Positions 10,580-23,960 of a stretch of DNA of 64,000 nt are shown here, piece by piece. The stretch is from Anthoceros angustus. Lineage: Eukaryota; Plantae; Anthocerotophyta. The translations under genes and the position numbers were made by a program. The stretch lies in NCBI GenBank assembly GCA_010909165.1, contig VJWM01000108.1, positions 682,001 through 746,000 of the forward strand, given 5' to 3'. Under the pieces are notes generated by a model. The model worked only from the letters and a program-made list of their open reading frames with translations. It was not told where the DNA came from and made no database searches. Numbering within the stretch: the first letter of the stretch is position 1; every line of letters starts with the position of its first letter.

Positions 10580-13500
10580 CCTCCTTTCGGCCTCGTCCCT
10601 ATCCTCCCCCGGTTGGTGACTTACCTCAAGGCCTGCTGCATTGGCGCCCTCTGCCTCCTCCGGCTCTTCACCGCCTCATCACCAAACAAGGCCACCAAGG
10701 CCTGTGTTGTCCCCATGCCCTTCTTCCCTTCCACTCCCTCGACCCCGAGGTCCGCCCAACAAATGGCGCCGAGAAGCTTCCAACGCTTGAGGAGCTCGGT
10801 GGTAGTAGGCAAACCGAGTCGAGGTTGGATTGCCTCTTCCATGCGCCCGGAGCACCCGATACTCCTTCGCCATAGGTGCTCCGAGCCGAGATGCCGTCCG
10901 GCTTGCCGTCCGCCTCTCCCGCCAGTTTGTCACCGGAGTGACCCCAAGGCCACAAGGGAGGCCTCACATTTCCTCAACTCACTGTTTCCGCCCGCCTTCC
11001 TCTCAGCTCGGCTCACGCCCCCGCCATGACGCAGCTCCCCTCCGCCTTTTCCTCAACTGACCAGCAATTTTCTCGGCCCAAGGCCCTTGCTCCTCCGCTC
11101 ATTCTGCCTCAAGCCCGCCATCTCCTCCCTGTGCGGTCGGCAACTCTGCCCGATTTCGCATCTGTGTCCCTCCATTTTGGCGACGCCCCGCCTTATCCAC
11201 CGCCTCTTCGCCGCCAAGAGCGAGTCGCTTATCTCCGCCGTGATCCGCGATCACGCAGAGCCCCGCCCGGCTGACAGATTCTTGGAGCCGTAGCTCCAAG
11301 GTCTCCTGCGTCTTCCATCGCCACTTTTCCACTCGCAGAATCGAGTCCTGAGATCCTCCATCTCCTTGTTGTCGGCCTCTCTCTTCTCGACGGCTGCCTG
11401 TCGCTCCGCCTCGCCTGCTCCGCCAGTTAGCTGCCTGCCTGCTCCTCCACCGGGCGATCCCGCCGAGTGATCTCGGCCTTAGCCGGCCGCCACACGCTTT
11501 CACTCCGAGCCTCGCGCTTGGTGTTGTTCCCCGCCTAGCCGCCTCGCCGGTCTCAGCCCGCTCCGCCTCCTGCTTCCTCCAGCGCCGCTCGCCTGCCTCC
11601 CGCAGAGGTCTCTACCCGGCTTGGGCCTCAGGTTCGCTTCCTTGCTCAAGATAACCAAGACCTGGTCCGGCCTTGCCGAATAGACGACCTCCGCCTCCCA
11701 AGGCTTCCTCCTCGATTCGAGAGGGATTCCGCCTTCTTCGCCTCCCTGGCCGCCCACCGCTCTTGGAGGAGCACCATGCGCCTCCTTATTGCCTCCACCT
11801 CCTCGGGTCTTCTCCGCCATCTCAGAGACCCCAAAGCATACCATTCCATGACGGAAGCCAAACCTCGCCGTTTTCTTCCACGGCCGACGGTGAGGCACCC
11901 AAGAAGTCCGCTGGGCATCTCCCGGGTCCGCTATGGACCGCCATCAGGGTCCGAGTGAGTCCTCGGCTCTCCGGACTGATCAGACCTCAGTCCCGGTGCC
12001 TGGTCCGCCCTTCCACCTCCTTGGCCTGTTTGGCCGCTAGCTCCTTCGCCTGCCTGCTTTGGGCTTGGTGGCAAGGGGTCCGGAGTCACAGAGCTTCCTC
12101 TCCCGTCACGGAGATAGACGGCTCCGGATGTGGTCGCCTCTGGCCCCGCCTCGGGCGGGCCCCTCCGCCTCCCACGCTTCCTCCGCCTCCCGCACTCCGG
12201 TAGGGCAGAGGCACTGCACGCCCTTGCGTCACAGGGAGCCACCTTCCGCCTCGACGACTGCTTGCCCGGCTGGCCCGCCGAGGCTATGGCGGTTGCTGGC
12301 CGCAGCCGCCACGCCGCCTCCTTCCTCAGGGTGCTCCTGTCCCACAGTACCGCCTCCGGACCGAAGGAGGGAGGTGGATATCCTCCCATACCTCTTGGGG
12401 CGAGGGGGTCCGCCCACTGGATGGAGTCCGGAATCCTCCCAATCATCGCTCCTCCCGCTCGCTTCTTAGGAGGTCGGGCCTCCGCCTAGCGCCGCTCTTC
12501 CCCGCCTGGGCCCGTAGGTCGCCAACCCTTTCCAAGCGCCCGCCTTCTCCCTCCTTAGAGATTGAGGTGTCCCACACATGGATGAGAAGGGGATGCAAGG
12601 CCGACGGAGGCGCTCGCCTCCGTAGCCGCCTGACCGATCCGGCGAGGATAATACGCCTCCGCCGCCCGCTTGCCCTCAGAGGGCGGCAGAACACTAAAGA
12701 TTATCACCAAGGTGATCCACCTTGGTGAGTATGTTCCAATGGACAATGACCTTAGCCATCGCCTCACCTGTCATCCAAGCAGTCCGACGGCCACTGCCGA
12801 TATCATTGCCTCGTCGCAGACGCCACCGCTTCTCCTTCCTCACCTTGAGGGCCCGGACTACCCCCCAATTTCCACCGCGTTGTAAACCGCCAGACCTCCA
12901 CGGCCCACCTCCTTGGGGTCCTCCTCGCTTTTGAGCGGACCTTGTTGGCGACGGCCAAAGATCTTCCCGCGATTCCCCGACAAGTGTACCGCCGAACGCC
13001 CACACCTGCTGAAGATGTCCATGCCACTTCTCCACTAAGTTCCTCGCCTCCACCTGTGGTCCAAGTCGGTATCTCCTCGGTGACAATGTTGCGCATCCTG
13101 GCGCCAAAGGCTCCAGGCCTCATGACCTTCTTGGGTCCCATCGCGATACCTTCTTGCTCCCTGTTGCTTGGCCGTGATTGGTGATTGTTAGGCGCCGCTG
13201 CTCCCCTCTTCGCCGCGTTTACTGCTCCAACCACGAAGGAGTGAGCCGGGTGCCTGGCCCCGAAGAGATGGCGCTGAAGATGGCCCGGGGTGGCGGGCGA
13301 GGCGAAGAACTGCAAATAAATCGTCAGCGAGGTCACAAGAGAAATGGTCTACCCTCCAGGTGCGCGGCGTGGGAGTAGTCGCGGAGGTGTCCATCCCCGC
13401 CATTGGCACGTAAGTGCATGGCACCATGGCCTACTCCATATACGCTTAGCTTACCACGGCAACATGGCTGCGTGCCTTCGCTCCTATACGCGCGCTCTAG

Positions 13501-13630
13501 CCTGTGGCAGGCTGGGCGTCGGGCGTGAATACTGCTGACCCATGGCAGCAGCCTCTGATTCTGGTGCACAGTGCTGCATGCCGTCCGCTCGCTCGGCCAC
13601 CGTCCACGTGGCAAATCCGTCATCTAAATC
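10580..13630 (-). pseudogene. Long GC-rich frameshifted ORF with coiled-coil region; probable extra ORF of a gypsy element
   Basis: Protein-like segments in successive minus-strand frames (EEAIQPRLGLPTTTELLKRWKLLGAICWADLG; E/R-rich helix 11100-11900; GEAMAKVIVHWNILTKVDHLGD). No recognised catalytic motif. Confidence 0.4.
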
Positions 13631-13939
13631 TCGCTCATCCCAACAGAAGTTACACTTTACTTGGCGTGCTTATCGAGTCACGCCGGGGTGTGGTGGAGAC
13701 TTTTGACTTATCCGGTGACCCCGATACTCGGTCGTGCGTGGTCGAACTCCTCCTGGAGTGCTCCGAGTCCTTCCAGGTCCTGACTCTCCGAGGTCGGTCC
13801 TTGTTTACTCGAATTGCGATCAGTCTGAGTACATCCGAATTACTCCGGACTTATTTCTTCCCTTCCGCCTTATTTTGTACTCCGTACCTACGAAAAAAAC
13901 AAAACCTAACTCATTTCCTACCCCAGTAGGTCGTTGGTC

Positions 13940-14380
13940 CCACGGTAATCAAGAAAATTTTACCTTTGGATTCCGGGTCACGAGGGTCGCTGCAACATCC
14001 TTGACGGACTTCCCTTTCGGGAAGCTCGGGTTGAGATAGAACATATGTCCAGGTCTTTGCGTCTTGCGGACATGTCAAGGAGATAGCGCAGTAGGAGAAG
14101 CTCATGGGATCCTATTAACCCATAACCAGAAACATTATACTATGGATTAACTATAGTCTCATTGGCGGAAGGCTCCCGGATGTGATTGCTTACTCATTGG
14201 TACGTGGATGTATGGGAGCGTTGTACGCTAAGTGGAAGGCAAGGAAGGAGTGGGGTTAAAACCTTTGGATTGGGATCCCAAACTTAAGGAAGGGAGGATA
14301 TGTTTGACTTGGAGCCGGATAAATCGACGCAGTGGAGAGACACCCACGGGTAAAACAGTAAGGATACACTTCACAGTAAG
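13940..14380 (+). pseudogene. pol: Retropepsin (aspartic protease) region of gypsy element B, degenerate
   Basis: LDSGS...CNIL...KLGL...SLRLAD...IGG pattern read across frameshifts. Confidence 0.55.
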
Positions 14381-14899
14381 ACACCGGAGGGGAGGATGAG
14401 AAGGAAAAATTTCCGTTCGCACATATTTCCTGGTCGGATGAAGAGGAGGATTATCGGAGGGATATTCCTCACTCCATCAACCTAGTGGGTTGCTATGGAA
14501 TCACCCTTGACTGTGATGAGGTGGAAGACGGAACGGTGATTAGGAGGGCTGGCACGACGGTCGCGGAACAAGATGTGACGCAGAATCGAACCAAAAGGCA
14601 AGTACATCCGCCAAACCTCCGAGGGAATCGAAGAAGGCGCGTTATAATGCTTTCACCTCGGATGATCTGTTCCGAGAATGGGGGATGCGTGAGGGGGAGC
14701 CACGATACATGAGCCGTGAAGGGTTCTTGAATTACATCCGCTAAGGCTTTGGGAAAGCAAGGGTAAATGCAGATGAAATCAAGGACGTGGAGGTGTTGCC
14801 TGGAAAGGTTCTTAAGTTTTCGAACCGGATGAACGCAGAATTGGAAGGGGGAATGAAGCAAATTCATCCCAGTAGTTCATTCATGTTTTCGCGACGCCG

Positions 14900-15680
14900 A
14901 CGCTGACACTATGAAGGAAGGATAATCAAGGAGTGGGGAGCACAAAATTGATCTTTTGGAGTCGGCCATTGTGCCACGTGATACCGCAGCAATACAAGCT
15001 GTTTAACCAAAATATTCTCCTGTAAAGGTATGCAGCAATGACGTTATCTACCCTATCGTGACGCCGGAGTGGGCAGCCCCGATCGGTGGTGGCCTTTGAA
15101 AAACAAAGAGGGTAAGATACGCGTTCTCGCTGTGGATTGGAGGAAGTTGGAACACAGGTGGAGCAAGAAGGACCATTTCGCCTGCTCATAGACAAATATA
15201 ATGGATTTAGTTGCTGAAGGATGCATTCATCATTCTCTTGACTCGCATTCGGGAGCAATCAGCCTTCATCTCTCCGAGAGTGATCACGCTATCAGCTTTC
15301 ACGCCGGATTGGGAACCTACGCCACAAACGGCGCTCGGATTACCGGGGCACCGATCTTTCTGGCGCGTATCATTGTTCAAATCTTCATGAATTTTTAGGA
15401 TTTCATGGAAGTTTTCCGATGACTTCTCGTGGTGTTCGGGCCAAAGGGATCACTTAAATACCTTGTAAGTGTTTGGAGGCGATGTCACTTGGACCCAATT
15501 ATTACTGCACAGTACTATTTAGATGCAGAGGAATTATCTTGTTGGGGCACCGCATTTCGTGAGGGATAGAGGTGGATCGGACAAAGTCAAGATCATAGCA
15601 ACTCTCAAGCCACCTGGCAGCAAAGAGCTTAGAAATTCCCTGAATGGTGGGCTGTGCTCGTGAGTTTGTGAAAATTTCCT
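14900..15680 (+). pseudogene. pol: Ty3/gypsy reverse transcriptase, heavily frameshifted and truncated
   Basis: IYPI..PEWAAP...EGKIR..VDWRKL...KKDHF; FMEVF-DDF (about 15400-15430); LGH..S.EGIEVD.DKVKII; ends abruptly at the 15-bp minisatellite. Confidence 0.85.
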
Positions 15681-15689
15681 TGTCTTGTG

Positions 15690-16615
15690 AAGACAATGGG
15701 TGGCAATGCATTTGGGCATACTGATAATTTGACCCTACAATGGGCCAGCCGACAATGTTGGGGCATACAATATTTGACCCTACAATGTGAAACAATGGGT
15801 GACCATACATCCATTGACAATGTTACGACCATACAATGGGTGGCCATTATGATACTTCTTCATACAATCGTAACTGTATTGACAATGCGTGGCCAATAGT
15901 TGACCATCTGATGGGCAGCCGACAATACAATGTTGGCGACAATGTTAGCTGAGCATACAATGGTATGACAATGTTACAGCCGGGGACAATCTTGCTTGAC
16001 CAATAATGGGCAGCCCTACAATGGGGCAGCCAAAAACCATCGATAGGCGTGGCCCGAGCAATGTGACATTTGGCACGGCAGTGGCCTGGCCAGTACAATG
16101 GCTGACCCGACAATATTATTTGGCGACCATACAATTAATTTGGCCCTAATAAAATCAGGTGACCCTTCTGTTGAGCATTGTTTGACCTCACAATGCGTGA
16201 CCCAAAAGATCCGAGGAATCGCCAGCCCTATGATAGGTTGGCCGGAACAATGCGTGGCCTCTGCATAATGCTGGCCCGGAAACAATGGGCTAGCGACAAT
16301 GAAATTTGGCCCTAGGACAATGGGCAGCACGACAATGCATTTGGCGAACAATGGTGACCATACAATGGCTGGCCATACAGTAACTTGACCGACAATGCAT
16401 TTGTGACGTGTTGGCAGCCTATTAGGCGGCACAATGGATAAGCCCAAAATCGGAATGGCGCCATAACGCCGTGATAGGCCCAGCCCGTGATGGTTGGCCA
16501 TCTGATGATGGGCTGGCACAGCCGCTGATCGCTGGCCAAACAATAGCTGAGCCATAAAATGGGCGGCCAAAATCCGGGAATGGCGTAACGGCAAGCGATA
16601 TGACCATATAATGGC
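15690..16615. repeat. 15-bp minisatellite (CAATGGCTGGCCATA family), degenerate copy in unit I
   Basis: Repeated ACAATGG-containing units; same motif as the cleaner arrays further right. Confidence 0.85.
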
Positions 16616-16974
16616 CGCATAAAAGCTGACGTATGTACAAACATGTGCCGCCGGGAAGTGCGCAGCTTGCTTGTGGAATTATAGAGTGGCACACCTTTCG
16701 CCCTTAATAAGAACATAGAAATGCCAAGGCGTGGCCGTACTGGTGATTAGGCGCCCACTTTCGCGACTTTTCCTTTCTAGGCCGCATTTGGCATGTGTGT
16801 GGGGCTGGGATTAATGGGTGCGTGTTGCGAAAGTGGCACGCCTCCGCTTTGTTTGAATGGACGTGTTCATCATCCCCCACCAAATTTAAAATACCCTCCC
16901 CTTCCTCCGGTCTCCCACCAGCCCCTTGCTAGTCCACCAAATTTATAACTTTGCTTACATTTTACAATGTTGCT

Positions 16975-17530
16975 TATACTTCTACGCAATCTACAACATG
17001 GAGCCACATCATCGATCCCACTGTTATAAATGAACTCTAATCATATTTTTGAAATCAATACCAATAATAAAGACTTTTGAAGAAATAAAGATCAAATATC
17101 AAATTTTGAGAAAGAGATTTTACAATGTAATCTACAACAAGAGGCACGCCATCAATCCACCGCCAAAATGGTCTTCAATAATATTTTTTGTGATTAATAA
17201 CAATAATAAGAGTTTTAAAAAATGAAGAACACATTTCGAAAAATATTTTACAACGAATCTACAACAAGGGAGCTACATCATTCGATATATATTACCTCAA
17301 ATCATATTTTTGATTAATAATAAAGAGTTTTAATGTATAAAGAATACATTTTGAGAAAAATATTTTACAATGTATTATCTACAAGGAAGCTCACATCATC
17401 AATTGCTATTGTAAATGGTATTTCCAATCATATTTTTGATTAATGATGATAAAAATATTTTTTGAAAAATAAAGACTGCAATTTGAGAAAAAGGCTTTTA
17501 CAAGCGTAATCTACAACAAAAGGGCGTAGC
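16975..17530. repeat. AT-rich block of about 5 x 125-bp subrepeats (unit I)
   Basis: TTTACAATGTAATCTACAACAAGGAGCCACATCATCAAT-like motif recurring every 120-140 bp. Confidence 0.8.
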
Positions 17531-17569
17531 CTAACGCCCGCAATGTATAGGTGCCCGACGCGATGGCTG

Positions 17570-19410
17570 GCCAGCCGGACATGAGGAGGTGTCTGCCCTG
17601 TGATAAGTCAGATTCAGCAAAATTGCTTCCTTTCCGGCACGCTCCTCATCATTTTCTTCGTTGTTCTTCTTCCCCCCCTGCAGAGACAATCTCCTCGGTC
17701 GAAGTACGTGAAAAACAGCGGTGGCCAGTCGAAGGAAAGAGGTCGGAGGTCAAAATCCTCACATGTAGTGGGAGCGGCCTCCCACTTGCGGCCAAGTCAG
17801 GGCTTTCATCAAAGGTGACAATCGCGTGCGTAGACCACCTTGATGCAGGGAGTGCGATCATAAAGCTTGTAAGCTTTTATACCTTCGTTGTATCCTATCA
17901 TAAGAATTTCTTGGCCTTAATGAGCAAATAACTTGGTCCTCTTGGCCTTAGGAATGAAAGCTGTAGCTATACTGTAGAAACCGGGGTTCGAAGATGAAGG
18001 ATAAATTTGGTTTTTCCGCCAAAGAAAGCTTCATAAGGGTGCATCTCCTAAAATTCGCCGGTGGTGGGCAATCGCCATTGCATAAATAAAGTCACAGTGA
18101 GGGCCTCCATGATGACCTCAATTGATGTGAGGTGGCAAAGCGGTGAGGCTGGCAGTGGAACAAGGAAGAAACCATCTCTCTGCGGTGTTAGCAATTCAAG
18201 CGCTCGATTTACACCATTTGCTGTGGTGTGTATCATCATTGTAAGTTGTCGTCCTATCCTCATCTCTGCGCATAATAGGCTTCGGAAGTCGTTTGATGTA
18301 GAAATTCACCACCATTGTCGAGAGCGGAGGGTTTTCAGTTTATTTTTCAAGTCCATCTCTCTTGTATACTTCGCTTGTAGTCTTTAGGGAGAAGCATTCA
18401 CTTTTGGCTTCGAATATAAGCGCCATGACAATCCCGATCTTGCTTATAAATACACCTATGAATGTTAGGAACATACATCGCCACCACCAATTGAGGGTAG
18501 TGAAAGTGGCTCACATATGTCGATTAATAGACGAGCTCAAGAACGCCCTCGAAGCCTTTGTGGAGGAGCTTGGTTCTTAGAAGGTCGCTTGATGACGCGT
18601 TCGACAAGATACGTAAGGCTTCACAAAAGTATTAAGGGTGGCAAACGCCAATTTTTCCATCTACATACATGTCACTGGGCTATGTTTGCTAGTTACATGT
18701 AATCGTGGAGGGTGACCTAAACTTGCATGCCATAAGCCTGGGGCTTTTCTATCCTGCTGCGGTAACTGCAGTTGTCTCTACAAGACTTAGAAGGTAAGTG
18801 TGTTCCCGGCATCAACTTCTTTGTGTGTGTGCAAGCGGAATAGATCATGGTGCTCATGGAACCATAAGCTGTCACTTTTTCCATGATCAAATGCATCCAC
18901 GATCCCTACATTCCTCGCAATATTGAGCGAGGATACAATCGCCGTTATCCATGTTGAGCTTCCTAACTTGAGGAGATGAGTTCCTAGTCATTTCTGTGTG
19001 ACATGATACACATCATGAGTAAAGTGTGATCCTCCACAGGAACCGGCAATGATTTTCCTTGCCTATTCCTCGGAGACATAAGTGATCTATATCGTCACCA
19101 GTCAAACGAAGGCGATCTTTGCATTTGGTCTATATGTAATGACGCACGCGCTTCTATCTGAAACTCAGAACACAATGTATTTATTCTTTTTGTATCAAAA
19201 TTGACCACTCATGTAATCGGTCTCCCTTGTGTGTGTTTGTTAGCCAGGACATGTGGGGTTAACAGCAGGATGAGCAAACTCCTAGTCCCTACCAGGCGTC
19301 ATTTGGAGGGAAGCTTGCTTTTCACTCATGGCGCAGTGTCTCTCAAAAGTGGAGTTGCCCTCCTTGCGAGGTACCCGGGGTACTTCTTCGACACTTGCTT
19401 TCAGTAACAA
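17570..19410 (-). pseudogene. Copia protease, GAG-pre-integrase and integrase of unit I (left of the DNA transposon)
   Basis: Homologous to the same region in the other units; DNGGEF-like integrase motif near 18310. Confidence 0.8.
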
Positions 19411-19442
19411 CACTGTAATATTTGGGCGGTACAAGATATACA
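19411..19442 (+). repeat. Left terminal inverted repeat CACTGTAATATTTGGGCGGTACAAGATATACA
   Basis: Aligns with the reverse complement of 28833-28864 (CACTCATAATATTTGAAGCGGCCGAATATACA); TSD not resolvable. Confidence 0.7.
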
Positions 19443-19949
19443 TGGCGGCTTTCAGGTTAGATACTCAGCAAACGGGGTTTTTGATGGGTGCTCCGGCCAG
19501 GCCATATTTGAACATGCTTTAGAGAAGATGGCCGCAGAATAAGGACGTATTGGCGCCTACAGCCACATGTATATTGACACACATACATGCAAGGGAAGGT
19601 AAAATCAAGTAGCATTGTTTTACTAAACTTTGATACTATGTCTGGAACCATGATCTAGAATTAGGGTCAGATTTAATGACCCCATGAACGCGACCCCTAC
19701 GGCCTGGAGATATGCACACATATGTACCTACTCTCTTGCTATACACCCATATATGCACATGGTGGGCGAGGTTTTGAACAACGATAGGCGTTAAAAGGAC
19801 GGCGGAAGACACGATCCAAGCCCGGCCCGGCGCTTCCCGCTTGAGAAGGGACTTGTCCGGGCGTGTAGGCGTAGCGTTGAATGACTTTCTCGATCTGTGG
19901 GACTCACTTCTTCAAAGCAGTTTAAGCATAGCGGCCTTGAGGACTAGTC

Positions 19950-22900
19950 ATTTGCGGCGGGCACACGATCATGGGCGAACCTACAAAATGAACAAAGTTG
20001 CTTCCTCCAGTGGTACATGGACAAGGCACCTTGCAAACCGTTGGAACAAGGCACATATTCCGATCATTCCTCGCTGACTCGAGTCCCTCCCGCGGATATA
20101 TGTCGCTGATTCATCTCCATTACACCATCGGGGTTGCAGCTTGAGGTGGGCTCGTAGAGCACTCATCTTCTCTTTGATCGCTTTCTTGTCGGCGTCTGGA
20201 TGTTTCCTTGCGTTGACTTGAACCCATAATAAGCGACCAGTTTTCCGAGCGAATAACCACGTATATTAGGTGGATTGTGTTGTTTGCCTCTTCCTTTTCG
20301 GGTGACGCCTTGATGTTCTCAACTCGAGGATGACTTCGCCATATACTTCCCTTCGTAATAAATGCGTCTGTGCATCCTCCACCAATGCACAAGTAAGTAA
20401 GGATCGAGGTGCGGTGAAATGGACTTCCACAACCTTTGCGAGCAGCTACATTGTGTATGTCACCCTCACAAGGCGTTATAATGAACATGCCTTTCTCTAT
20501 CTCCATGATATCCCCATTCATCCTTTCACACTCTTGTCCTTGACGATCGCACCGGTGGGGTCCTAAGTACATGTCCCTTTGGGGAATCTCCATAACAATG
20601 CTTCATCTAGAACAACAACCCCGCCACGGAGGTGGGCGGTGAATTGCGTCAGTTGCTGCACTTACCACTTCCATGGTTTTTCCAAAGACAAGACCAATAT
20701 TGTTGTCTCGATACATGCAATCTCCTCCATCCTTCCGAACATTGTCCACCATTGTTCTTCTTCGTCATTGACATATGTTGGTAGATTTAGCATTCCTTTC
20801 CAAGTAAGCAACCCCCCGAATAGCGATCATCCGCAACACCACCTCTTTTGTCCTTGGCTTGGCGCCATCAAAGGTGCCGGGCTAATATCGCTCGAACAAA
20901 CGTGAACTCCAAGCCATCTTCCGACTCCCGAGGAGAGGTTGAATCTCGGATAATCTGTTACTTTCCCCGATTATTCTCCTCTCGTGTGATTTTGAACCGA
21001 TGTTGAAACGATAGATTGTTCAATTGTTTCACCGCCTTGTCGATATCTCGCGCCTTTGTTATAGGCCGGACATCAAAATCCGGAACCTCGGTCAACACCT
21101 GCACCTCCGGGTTGGGCGTATACGCTGTGCTTATCAAGGTCTCCATAGCTGGTAGGGTTTTCACCTCCTTGTGCTTCAGATGTTTAGAGAAGCAAGAGAA
21201 CATCTGGTCCACTTGGTCGTGTGTATGCCCTACGAGGAGAAATCCGACCTTCACCTTTTCAAAGGTGCCCACCTCCACAAGCATATTGAGGTGCATAAAA
21301 GCAACGGTTCTTATTCTCCGGCATGTGTTATCCAAATGCAAATATAGAATTTTCGAAGGAACCCATTATACGTGTGGATAACGTCACGAATAATAGCAAT
21401 AGTCAAGTTTGCATCATTCTCAGTTCGCAAAGTGAGATACGCCCGGCTTTCAAAGTATAATTGTGTACCATGCAGCCCACCACGTGGAGCTATGCGGCGA
21501 TCCTCCTTCCTTGTCCTTCTATCTCAAAATATGCAACTCGTCTTCTTGATCCATCCGTCAATGCATAGTAATATGTATTTCGAGGGACAAGTAGCTTTTA
21601 GTGCGATGCTTCATCAACTTCTTCCTCTCGCTCATCAACGTGTTCGATGTTTATTTAAAGCGCCCCGATATACATCCGCTAAACACAAGATCGAACCGCT
21701 TAGAAAGGACAAGTTAGTTCCCACCTGGGTTAGCCCATTCAAAAATACAAACATTTTATTCCCCAACATGCCGGAAACATATCGAGGCACCGCGTGCCAA
21801 TGCCATTCCACGGCATAGGCGAGCGAGGAAGGCTCGCGCCCAACCATCCGGTGTGCAACTATGCCGAGAGGACTCTTGACCGCCTAACCTCCGGGAGGGC
21901 GCCGCATGCCGTCGCCCTAGCCACGGCCGGCTGGCCTCGCTCCATCGCCCAATGCCGGTGACCGGTGGGTAGGCGCCGGCATGCCGCCCCGCGCTTTCGG
22001 CCGCCCCTGCGCGCCCTCCCATCATGCGCGGAATGCCCGGTGACCGGTGGTGCCCGCATCGCGCCCGGCCCGGCCGCGGCATGCCGGCGCCTCCCTCGGT
22101 GCGCTTCCCGCACGGATGGGGCGCCGGCATGCCGGCGCCCATCCGATGCGAGAGGCCGCGCGAGGCGGCATGCCAGCGCCGCAGCGCCGACATCTGCAGC
22201 GCCAGGGCGCGGGCGGCACTCCGCCGCTCTCCCGGTACGCCGCGGACTGTGGCATGCGCCCGCATGCGGCGCTGCCCTCTCCGGCCAAACCGGCCGTGTC
22301 TCATCAGAGCGCTGCGTCTGCGCGTCCAAACACCATCGTGCCCCTTCATTCCATGGCTCCAACATGGCTGCCGCCCGTGGAAGCTAGGGCGGGCATTCCG
22401 GCCTTTGCATCTACACGGCACTAGTTAGAGGGTTAGCTCTCCGGAAAGAGTATGATACCTATTACAAGATTCTATGCGAGAAATGACGGAGAACCGTATC
22501 GGCATACCTTGATCAATCCGATGACCCGATACTCGGATGTTGTACTTCAACCCCGCATAACGCACATGTCGAAACCGGTTGGACTTGAATTTTCACCCTC
22601 TTAAAATTTTCGTCCATAGCCTCGTGAAATATGCATATGACACAAACCGCAGCCTTGTTCCATGTCGTATGATCGATTCCAAACCTCAAGTTTAGTGAAT
22701 GTAAGGTTGTACACTTCAACCTTTCAATGAGAAGAAATGTTGAGTCCATCCACGCGATCGCGCAAGAGCATGTGAGGATTGCACACGAGGATTGCTTGGC
22801 CCCATCCCAAGGTGCGTTCGGAATACCACTTCTTCAACTCGTCGTATCTTGCAGCCTATGCAACTCGACGAAATGCTTTCAGCAACAAAGATCGGGGCTC

Positions 22901-23960
22901 TCCCATAATGTAGGTGACAACCTTGTCTCGCATTTGGCATTCACATCCGTCTAACAAGAGATTGAAGGAATAACTCCGCCTCCACTAGCCTCAAGAACCT
23001 TGTCCTCTGCTCTCAAGACCATCCCTTGACAAAATAGGAAGACACAACTTTTGCGGATGGCTTCCGCCGTCGCCATCACCGCTGCTGGGTTTCCGTAAAG
23101 AGACACCGGCTCGCCTCTTTGAATCGGCAAAACATTCGTCTCACGCATTGTCCGACTCATCGCCGGTGATAAGAGACACCATTTCGTTTCCTCGAGGTGT
23201 ATCGGCACATCAACAACGGAATGAACTTACCACACGGTGGTGATTCAACAAAGACATCCGATCCCCTTGGGAGGCTGGATTTGTGACGACCGCCTTTCTC
23301 CCTCCGACGGGCCACCCACCACACACCTATTCAAGTTCCGGGAGTAGGTGGCAAATACCGCGTATTCCTACATTGTGCGGCGCTGTGTTCTCCTAGCCAA
23401 AAGGAAGACCATCGGTTTCATCCCATGGAACAAAACGCTTAAGCACCATTTCTACGCGTTTGTGACACCTTGCTATTCAAGTCAAACAACACAAAATTGA
23501 ACCACACATAGATCCGCCATTGTGACATTTGGTCTTCAAAGGCATGGAGTGGGTATCAAAGAAAATGACCTTCTAGTAGGGATTGTGCGGGCTTGAGTTA
23601 GGAGGCAAGCGATGGTGCACCATGAGTTCCTTCGCCGTCCCTTCCAAGACCTTCTTCTTCTGCATGAATGAGAAGGACCTTGTTGCACCCACGGACTCCA
23701 TGAACAAGGACCTCCTGCGAGGCGTTAGAACAAACAGGACGTGCAATGACTTTCCACATTCGTAGCGTAAATGATCACCAGGTCGACTTCAGAGAATACC
23801 TCATCCTCGTCCAAGCCATGGATAGAATGCAGCATCTTGGCAGGCTGCCCGACTTAGACGATCGGCAACAGCGGGCAACGAACATCAAGCTTGGAACATA
23901 CCGGATGGGTCTGCAACCACCCGAAAACTCCCCTCTTATTGCCGCCGTCCAACACAGCTG
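19950..23960 (-). CDS. Cut-and-paste transposase (DUF7869-like DDD core, possibly Sola-related), spliced, frameshifted in this consensus
   Basis: KY...CIDG(M)DQ.KT at about 21545-21580; HLDNTC(R)ENKN at about 21310-21341; FEKVKVGFLLVGHTHDQVDQMFS at 21195-21260; canonical donor AAG|GTATGC at 22508/22507. N-terminal boundary approximate. Confidence 0.8.
21897..22275. repeat. Cluster of GC-rich palindromes (GGCGCCGGCATGCCGGCGCC family) inside the predicted transposase intron
   Basis: At least 6 degenerate copies; perfect 22-bp palindrome GGGCGCCGGCATGCCGGCGCCC at 22119-22140, extendable to CGGATGGG...CCCATCCG. Confidence 0.85.

Noticed and set aside
13333-13623. Possible DIRS tyrosine recombinase (HLRANGG, GRWPSE)
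   Set aside because: Motifs are in the wrong order and no DIRS RT, RNase H or other catalytic residues were found.
21897-22275. CRISPR-like look of palindromes separated by unique sequence
   Set aside because: Repeats are degenerate, spacing is irregular, no cas genes are present and the context is eukaryotic; kept only as a palindrome cluster.
21756-22428. Several 88-221 aa Arg/Ala/Gly-rich ORFs
   Set aside because: Products of stop-poor, very GC-rich palindromic sequence in a predicted intron.
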